Source: Alphaproteobacteria bacterium
GTDB lineage: Bacteria > Pseudomonadota > Alphaproteobacteria > UBA7887
NCBI GenBank assembly: GCA_965216755.1
Contig: CBDCGL010000011.1
Coordinates: 1,824,001 to 1,888,000, forward strand
Direction: 5' to 3'
Length of the DNA stretch: 64,000 nucleotides
Part shown: in pieces, positions 57,535 to 64,000 of the stretch
Position numbering within the stretch: position 1 is the stretch's first letter
Layout of the letters: each line of letters opens with the position of its first letter
Notes under the pieces: generated by a model
What the model was told of the DNA's origin: nothing
What the model saw: only the letters and a program-made list of their open reading frames with translations
The model's database searches: none
Translations under genes and position numbers: made by a program

Positions 57535-58941
57535 ATGACGACAATGGACCTGTGCATGCTGTCCGCGACAGAGCTGACGAGCCTCTATCGCACGCGTCAA
57601 CTTTCTCCGGTTGAGGTGACACGCGCCGTCATTGATCGGGTCGAGAAATATAACCCAACTTTCAACGCATTCTGCATCATGGATGCGGAACAAGCGTTGG
57701 TACAGGCCGGCAGATCGGAAGATCGCTATCAAAATAGTGCGCCGCTTGGTCCCGTCGATGGTATTCCGACGACCGTCAAAGATTTGATTCTTGCGAAGGG
57801 TTGGCCAACGCGCCGCGGCTCCCAAACGATTGATCCGGACAGCCAAACGTGGGACCAGGACGGACCACCTGTCGCGCGATTGCGGGCCGCCGGCGCGATC
57901 ATTCTGGGCAAGACGACAACGCCCGAATTTGGCTGGAAGGGCGTTACCGATAGTCCACTGACCGGCGTCACAGGCAATCCGTGGCGCGTCGACCTGACGC
58001 CCGGGGGCTCCAGCGGCGGCGCGGCCGTGGCGTGTGCCCTTGGCATGGGCCATCTTCATGTCGCGACAGATGGCGGCGGCTCCATCCGCATTCCATCTGG
58101 TTTCTGCGGTTTGTTCGGATTCAAACCCACATTCGGCTTGGTTCCCGTGCACCCCCATTCGCCGACCGGCAGCCTATGGCACCAAGGACCGATCGCCCGT
58201 TCGGTCAACGACGCGGCACTGATGCTATCTGTGATCGCCAAACCGGATGGGCGCGATTGGGCGGAAATCCCTCTTTCTATTGATTTCGCGCGGTCGTCTC
58301 GAGGAATGGAAGGGCTCCACGACCTGCGCGTCGCCTATAGTCCGGATCTCGGTTATGCAACGGTCGACCCCGAAATCGCCCGCGCGGTCGAAAGGGTCGC
58401 CGATTGGTTCGAGGAAAGTGGTGCCATTGTTGAAAAAGTTACGCCGGGATTTGATAACCCTCTCGCGGCAATGGTCGATCTTTGGTCGGTTGCCTTGGCT
58501 ATGGCTGTCGACGGTTTTGACGACAACAAACGCGCCTGCCTCGACCCGCCAATTCTTGATATCGCCGAGCATGGCCGAACTTTGGGCACGGTCGGTTATC
58601 GCAAGGCCGAACGCCAAAGAGAGGTTTTGGGCACCCGCATGAGCCAATTTCATCTGAGCCATGACGTTCTTCTGACACCGCAGTTACCCATACAAGCATT
58701 TCCGGTAGGTCACGAAGTCCCTCCGGATAGCAACATGACCCGTTGGTGGGACTGGTCGCCATTTACCTATCCTTTCAACATGACCCAACAACCGGCGGCG
58801 ACCCTTCCGTGCGGCATGTTACCAAATGGCATGCCAGTGGCCGCACAACTCGTCGCGGCACGCTTCAATGATATGCTGCTCATCGACGTCGCACGAAACT
58901 ACGAAGCCGAACATCCGATTGCATTACCACAAATAGTGTGA
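57535..58941 (+). CDS. Amidase-signature family amidase
   Basis: GIP..VKD, GKTTTPEFG, TPGGSSGG, TDGGGSIRIP (Ser-cisSer-Lys). Confidence 0.93.
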   Translation: MTTMDLCMLSATELTSLYRTRQLSPVEVTRAVIDRVEKYNPTFNAFCIMDAEQALVQAGRSEDRYQNSAPLGPVDGIPTTVKDLILAKGWPTRRGSQTIDPDSQTWDQDGPPVARLRAAGAIILGKTTTPEFGWKGVTDSPLTGVTGNPWRVDLTPGGSSGGAAVACALGMGHLHVATDGGGSIRIPSGFCGLFGFKPTFGLVPVHPHSPTGSLWHQGPIARSVNDAALMLSVIAKPDGRDWAEIPLSIDFARSSRGMEGLHDLRVAYSPDLGYATVDPEIARAVERVADWFEESGAIVEKVTPGFDNPLAAMVDLWSVALAMAVDGFDDNKRACLDPPILDIAEHGRTLGTVGYRKAERQREVLGTRMSQFHLSHDVLLTPQLPIQAFPVGHEVPPDSNMTRWWDWSPFTYPFNMTQQPAATLPCGMLPNGMPVAAQLVAARFNDMLLIDVARNYEAEHPIALPQIV

Positions 58942-59218
58942 TATTCATTTTGTTGACACTCATCCTATACATATATTTTGCTGATCGTATCAATGTCTTA
59001 CCACTGAATTGTTATATAATATGTAGTATAGTAATTTTTGTCTGTGTATACACTCGTGCCACTGGCACCAAGACGAAACAAAGGTTGAACAGATCCCCGC
59101 TACGTTTCTTGTTTTGTTCTAAGGCTCGCCATCGGGTGTAGACAGCGCCAAATCCCGGAATAATTCTTAATACACGTGGCGCATGACGGTCATGCCGCCC
59201 AAAGAAAGGACCATCGCG

Positions 59219-59527
59219 ATGCATCCGGTCACCGACAAAGCCGAAGTCTCCATCGACTTCCCGGAAAAGTTCTATATGGGGTCGTTTGGCCGCGACTCGA
59301 CTTTCGAAGCGCGCGCCGAAGACGACGGCTTGGTGATCAAGTTGCTCCGCCCCGGCGACAAAAAGCGTGCCGTCGGCGTGCACCTACACCATCACCTTCT
59401 CGCGGATATTCTGACAGATTGGGCCGAATCCCTTAGCGCGCAGCCGCCCATGCCGGAAGACCATCGCGAAACCCTGCTGTCCGCGCTCGCCGCAATCGAA
59501 AAAGCGCTCAAGAACAGCGCGGGCTAA
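59219..59527 (+). CDS. Hypothetical protein
   Basis: aaagga RBS, host-like codon use, about 100 aa with HLHHH motif; no family recognised. Confidence 0.65.
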   Translation: MHPVTDKAEVSIDFPEKFYMGSFGRDSTFEARAEDDGLVIKLLRPGDKKRAVGVHLHHHLLADILTDWAESLSAQPPMPEDHRETLLSALAAIEKALKNSAG

Positions 59528-60366
59528 TACGGCTCTTCACCTTCAATCAGCAATCGATGGAGAAGCCGTTTCTGGCCTCGTGGATAGTCGTCATTGGCAT
59601 GATGCATGGAACACCGATTGTCCCACACCACCATGTCGCCCATCCGCCAAACATGATGATATTCGAATCGCGGCTGGGTCGCGTGAGCCATAAGCTCATC
59701 GATTAACGCATCGCTTTCAGTGTGCGCCATGCCCTCGATTTGTTCTAGGCGCGTGGTGCTCAGGTAAAGCGCCTTTTCGCCCGTCGGCGGATAAGTCCGC
59801 ACAAGTGGATGCACAACATCCGGCGTCGCCGCGATTTCTTCGGCCGATCGCTTGAACATCGGTTTTGGTGTCCGGCTGCTCTCATAAACGTGTCTCGCGC
59901 GCAACCCATCGATTCGGTTCTTGGTTGCGGCCGGCAAGCTGGCATAGGCCGCGCGCATGTCGCAAAAGCTTGTGTTGCCGCCATGATCGGGCAATGCGAC
60001 CGCATAGAGGATCGTTGCATTTGGTGGCCGCGCCACGAACGAATGATCGGTATGCCAGGCCGTGCCCTGCGGCAAGCGCTTGCCATCGCCATGCACATCG
60101 GCCGCCTCGCTCGAGACGACGCCGATTTCTGGCGCCAAACCGAGTGTCAGATGCTTATTCACCTGCGTTTCCAAAGTGCCAAACAGGGCACCGGCGCGCA
60201 TGAACTCATCGGGCGATAAGTGCTGGTCGCGAATGCAAATGACGGTGTGCGCGTAAAGCGCCTGGTTAAGCGCATCCAGGTCCGCTGGTCCCACGGGTTC
60301 GCGCAAATCGATCCCCGTGACTTCGGCCCCCAAACTTTCACCAAGACGCCGCACGGACACGGACAT
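59524..60366 (-). CDS. TauD/TfdA Fe(II)/2-oxoglutarate dioxygenase
   Basis: WHTD, GGNT.F, HPLVR, W..GD.VVWDNR..HH, R.L.R. Confidence 0.93.
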   Translation of the reverse strand: MSVSVRRLGESLGAEVTGIDLREPVGPADLDALNQALYAHTVICIRDQHLSPDEFMRAGALFGTLETQVNKHLTLGLAPEIGVVSSEAADVHGDGKRLPQGTAWHTDHSFVARPPNATILYAVALPDHGGNTSFCDMRAAYASLPAATKNRIDGLRARHVYESSRTPKPMFKRSAEEIAATPDVVHPLVRTYPPTGEKALYLSTTRLEQIEGMAHTESDALIDELMAHATQPRFEYHHVWRMGDMVVWDNRCSMHHANDDYPRGQKRLLHRLLIEGEEPY

Positions 60367-60607
60367 GACCCCTCACCTCGTTGCCTGTTTCCCCAGCGGC
60401 CCCACACTCGCGACCGAGACTTCCAATTGCGTCGCGATTATAGCGCGATCCGAACGGTCCGGCGAACCAAACTCAGTGCCAAACAGGCGCCACGCAATCG
60501 TTCAGCGCGTACCAACCGGCGCTCTCAAGCCATCGCGACTGACGCGGCGTCGGGTCTTTCTCGTCGACCATCAATTGTCGAAACATCCGAGATTGTCCCG
60601 GCTTGGG

Positions 60608-61555
60608 CTACGGATTAATCGCGCCAGAGCGCGTGGCCATCGTTGCGGCGTGGATGACGCTGCTGACGCCCAGTTTTTGCATCGCATTCCTTAAGTGAAA
60701 ACGGACTGTGTTCTCGCTAACGCTGAGTATCCGCCCCACTTCCCACTTGGTTTTGCCACGGGCCGCCCAGAGTAAGCACTCTGCTTCTCGATCTGTCAGC
60801 ATGGGCGTCGATGAATTGGTGGATCGATCTGGGCGGACGCGCGCAATGGTCTCGTGGATATGATAAGACATCGCCTGCAGTTGGAGCCGATGTCTAAGCC
60901 AAAAGTCGCCACGCGGGTCGGCCGCAATGTCGGTGGCAAACGTAAAAGCGGCGAGCGATCCTTCGGGCCCATGAATCGGAATCGGAATGGCCGAATGCGG
61001 GCCACAGGCAGTGAGTTGATCAAGTACCGGTTTGTGTGAGGTCGTCGACCGACCGCGTTTGATCAGCAGCTCCCATGTCACGGGCACCACCGAAAACATC
61101 GCGTGCCGACGAGCGAACCCAAAATTGGCAAAATGGTAATCCGGATAGCCCTCAGCATAATATGATCGATCGTTAGGATCTTCTCGCTGCGCCAACGACC
61201 GACACCGCGGTCGGATCTGATGATAGGCGAATGTTCGGACGCCGATGTCCAATACCGCCGTTTGTATCGCCGCACCGAGAGCCTGCAGGGACGAAACGTC
61301 GTCCAATCTCAGCAAAAAATCGTCAAAATCTGGTGTCGCGCCGCCACCGCAGTTGTCGGACTTCTTCGGGCTCCGGATGGCTCCGTGTTTACCACGCGTC
61401 GATACGGCTTCGCGCGCTCGTGATTCGTTGTCGCACTCACGATTCCGCCATTTGCGTGCTTGCTCAGCAATAGCGCTATTTCGTGCCGCCAAATCGCGCT
61501 CTTGCGCTGCTGGGTTTGAACGCTCTGTCGCAAAACGCCGGCTTCGAACAGACAT
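60608..61555 (-). CDS. LuxR-family regulator with autoinducer-binding-type N-domain (solo); start uncertain
   Basis: LTDREAECLLWAARGKTKWEVGRILSVSENTVRFHLRN HTH; P.TW and IPIHG in the N-domain. Confidence 0.78.
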   Translation of the reverse strand: MSVRSRRFATERSNPAAQERDLAARNSAIAEQARKWRNRECDNESRAREAVSTRGKHGAIRSPKKSDNCGGGATPDFDDFLLRLDDVSSLQALGAAIQTAVLDIGVRTFAYHQIRPRCRSLAQREDPNDRSYYAEGYPDYHFANFGFARRHAMFSVVPVTWELLIKRGRSTTSHKPVLDQLTACGPHSAIPIPIHGPEGSLAAFTFATDIAADPRGDFWLRHRLQLQAMSYHIHETIARVRPDRSTNSSTPMLTDREAECLLWAARGKTKWEVGRILSVSENTVRFHLRNAMQKLGVSSVIHAATMATRSGAINP

Positions 61556-63412
61556 CTCGCTTGGCTGACAAAATAATTGGTCGCGCCTGCCGTTTCCCTC
61601 TGCCCCTGGCGTCAAGTGCCAGCGGCTTGCGGATGTAGGCGGCAAAGTCTGCAAGCCACTCACTGCGGCGTACGATCCACGTTTGGCCAAGATCGCGGCA
61701 TTCAAACTCATCTCCCGAAATGTCGGTTCAAGCTGGCCCCGCGACCACGCGATGAGTCTCGAAGACGGACCGCTGAGTGAGTCTATGTGTGAATTTGGGC
61801 CTCCGGCGAAATCGTCAATCACTTCCCGTGGCGACGACCGGAAACCGCGCTTGTGATCGGATTTGCGATGCATCGCCCATGGGACGCGCCAATCGCGACC
61901 GGCCCACATCTCGCTGTTCAGACAGATCACAACAAAATCGGCTATAGCGTTCCAAAACGGCTCGCCAGTCTCTTGGCGCCAGTCAAAAAAAATGACCCCG
62001 TTGCCGACCCTAAACTGACAAATCCTAAATCCCCACGCCTGGCCCGTGCCTCCATGAGCCATCGGGGTGTTTGGTGCGAACCTGGAGGATCGTCGTAGCT
62101 TGTCGAACGCGCCCCCACCACAGATCGCAAAGATCGGGGTTTCTTGCGATACGGCCATCTCGACTTCCCCCAAAAAGCTCCAATAGCCACGAATATCTCG
62201 TTACGCTTTAGTAATAAGCGTCCGACAGTACCTTCAGGTTGTCAATCGGCAATTTCCATACAACCAAGTTGCGGCCATGCGGGAGAGGAGCAAATGAAGC
62301 GGAGGCTGGGTTGGCAGGCTTCGGGGTCTCGCCGCGCAGTTGTCGCCGTAGAACCGGAACGCCTTGGGGTTTCGTGATGCCGTCATCCTGCTCATCGAGA
62401 AAAGCCAGCCGGGACGGAACGGGCGCGTCCAGCTGGCTCAGACCGACGTGCAAGCAGGGATCTTATCAACGCGGGCCGCCCGCTCGCGCCGTGGCCATGC
62501 GGCCAGAGCGGATTGGTGCCCGCCCCGGTCATTTGCCGCCGCTGACGCTAACTGTTTCTTCGAACCAATGACCGCGACCTTGCCGTCATGGCCAAAGCGC
62601 CCTCTTTTTTTGCCAGCCGTCGCCAACGAAACACCAGATTGGCGTCAATCCCATGACGGCGGACCAAAACCAAAACACACGCTCCGGGCACAAGAATGTC
62701 CCCGACGCCGACCAGATCTTGTTTGGCCGCCCAACATCATCGACGCTCCGCTCCTGCGATGACTTTTTTCCGCCGCAATTCATCAGACATATGCAATTGC
62801 CTAGGGCCTGCCTAGCAGAGTGCTGAAAAACGGTTCGCGTTGGGCGGTGTATGGTGAGTCTCTGTGGGAGCGGGATTGGGAGATGTGATGCGTGGTCAAG
62901 ACGAGCGCAGCGGCGACCGACGGTACTTGCTATCCTAATGAGTCCGAATAGGACACGTGATGCCCAGCAGAAACATTGCACCACAGACAATCGGGTCTTC
63001 CGCCCGCAGTTCATTGTCCTGCCACGCCAGTAACTTGAACGATTCTCCATGCTTGACAAGGTGCGCGAATCACTCTTGGCGGAATCAGGGGCCCAGACAT
63101 TGGGATAGGAATTCGTACACCCGATCCGTGGCAAACCTTGATGTTAGCGCCCCGACCAAACTATCTGAAAAGACCGACATCTCTCAGACCGGAAATGTTG
63201 TCGGCTCAATATGACTTGGCTGTGCGCCCGTTACCGGCGATTTCCCCACGATGTCAGTCTATTGGTTGCGATACCATCGCACCTTCCGATTTGCATTGGA
63301 CATCCCGATCAGTTCGTATATTTGTTCTATAACATTCGATAGCACCACTCGCCGGAACCATTCTGATCTGCGACTCAGTTTTGTTACGGCCTTGCATTTT
63401 TCCGGTCGTCCA

Positions 63413-64000
63413 ATGTCGGATCAAGACGGACAACGTGAACCGTTTCGGTACTCGAACGAAGAACCTTACGGTCATGCATATGCTGGCGAGCTGCCTTGTG
63501 AGATTGATCCAGCGCACGAACCTCAGCTCTTTGAGCCAAAACGCCGTCCGGGCGTAAGATGTTCGACAATATTAGATCTACTGAGGATCTACGAAGGCGT
63601 GGCCATCGCAACAGCGGGGCTAATTTCGTTTGAGTTGTACATTGTCATGGGCGTAGGGGTATTGCGCGGTCAAGAAGTTTCGGGCGTCGAGAAATACCTT
63701 GCAGTTTCCCTCGTCGCAATGGCGTTGGCTGGTGCGGTCTTTCATGGATCTGGCGTGTATCGAGCGGAACTGCTGTGGCAACCGTCCGCGGCGATGCGGC
63801 GGCTCTTGGTGCGGCTTCTTTTGGTTTTTCTTTTTCTGGCTACGGTCGCATTTCTCTCAAAGTCATCTCATTTGTTCTCGCGAGGTTGGGGCATAACGTG
63901 GCTCATATTATGCGTGCTCCTATTGGCCTTGGGTCGCTACGGCGCCTTTTACCTCGCCCGCCGACTCAACAAGTCAGGATACCTTGATCAGGCGGTGGCG
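63413..64000 (+). CDS. Polyprenyl-phosphate sugar phosphotransferase (WcaJ/WbaP-like), N-terminal part, runs off window
   Basis: Open frame from ATG 63413 (not in ORF track): four TM helices, GVY, FSRGW..W, LGR..ARRLNKSG..VA, typical of the EPS priming transferase N-terminus. Confidence 0.7.
   Translation, partial: MSDQDGQREPFRYSNEEPYGHAYAGELPCEIDPAHEPQLFEPKRRPGVRCSTILDLLRIYEGVAIATAGLISFELYIVMGVGVLRGQEVSGVEKYLAVSLVAMALAGAVFHGSGVYRAELLWQPSAAMRRLLVRLLLVFLFLATVAFLSKSSHLFSRGWGITWLILCVLLLALGRYGAFYLARRLNKSGYLDQAVA

Noticed and set aside
58980-58994. FNR/FixK box (ctgat-cgt-atcaa)
   Set aside because: Spacer is 3 nt rather than 4 and the first base mismatches.
61556-62173. N-terminal extension giving a 521-aa LuxR
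   Set aside because: No recognisable domain and not protein-like; not annotated as coding, though the open frame is noted in findings.
1-64000. tRNA, rRNA, tmRNA, RNase P, SRP, integrase, reverse transcriptase or defence genes
   Set aside because: No diagnostic motifs seen by eye; not a substitute for tRNAscan, Infernal or HMM searches.

Overview
A GC-rich bacterial chromosome segment, most consistent with an Alphaproteobacterium (RpoH, DUF2336, YcgN, alpha-type LexA boxes GAAC-N7-GAAC). It is mostly catabolic and stress genes. Contents in order: DUF2336 and OmpA; a coupled nicotinate-type operon (Mo-hydroxylase FAD subunit, fused 2Fe-2S/Mo subunit, 6-hydroxynicotinate reductase, UPF0280, hydantoinase/oxoprolinase A+B); DNA repair genes (ada-alkA, ogt, LexA-boxed UvrD-like helicase); SDR, ferritin-like di-iron protein and CoA-transferases; an EEP / RNase Z-like / CheR / RpoH / MacAB-like ABC / SleB / BCAM0308 block; an MCP; pcaHGB; a ThDP enzyme; a decayed crtI; htpX; a disrupted class II aldolase; a TRAP binding protein; iorAB-like Mo-oxidoreductase with AraC and amidase; TauD; a LuxR solo; and the start of a WcaJ-like EPS priming transferase. 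No rRNA, tRNA, CRISPR array or intact transposase was seen. Best leads: (1) a 95-bp perfect-inverted-repeat element carrying two NrdR-box-like motifs 31 bp apart with no nrd gene in the window; (2) a nicotinate cluster in which an ATP-dependent lactamase pair appears to replace enamidase; (3) a structured ~165-nt intergenic element; (4) a sharp AT-rich patch inside an intact di-iron gene. All family assignments are by eye, not by database search.
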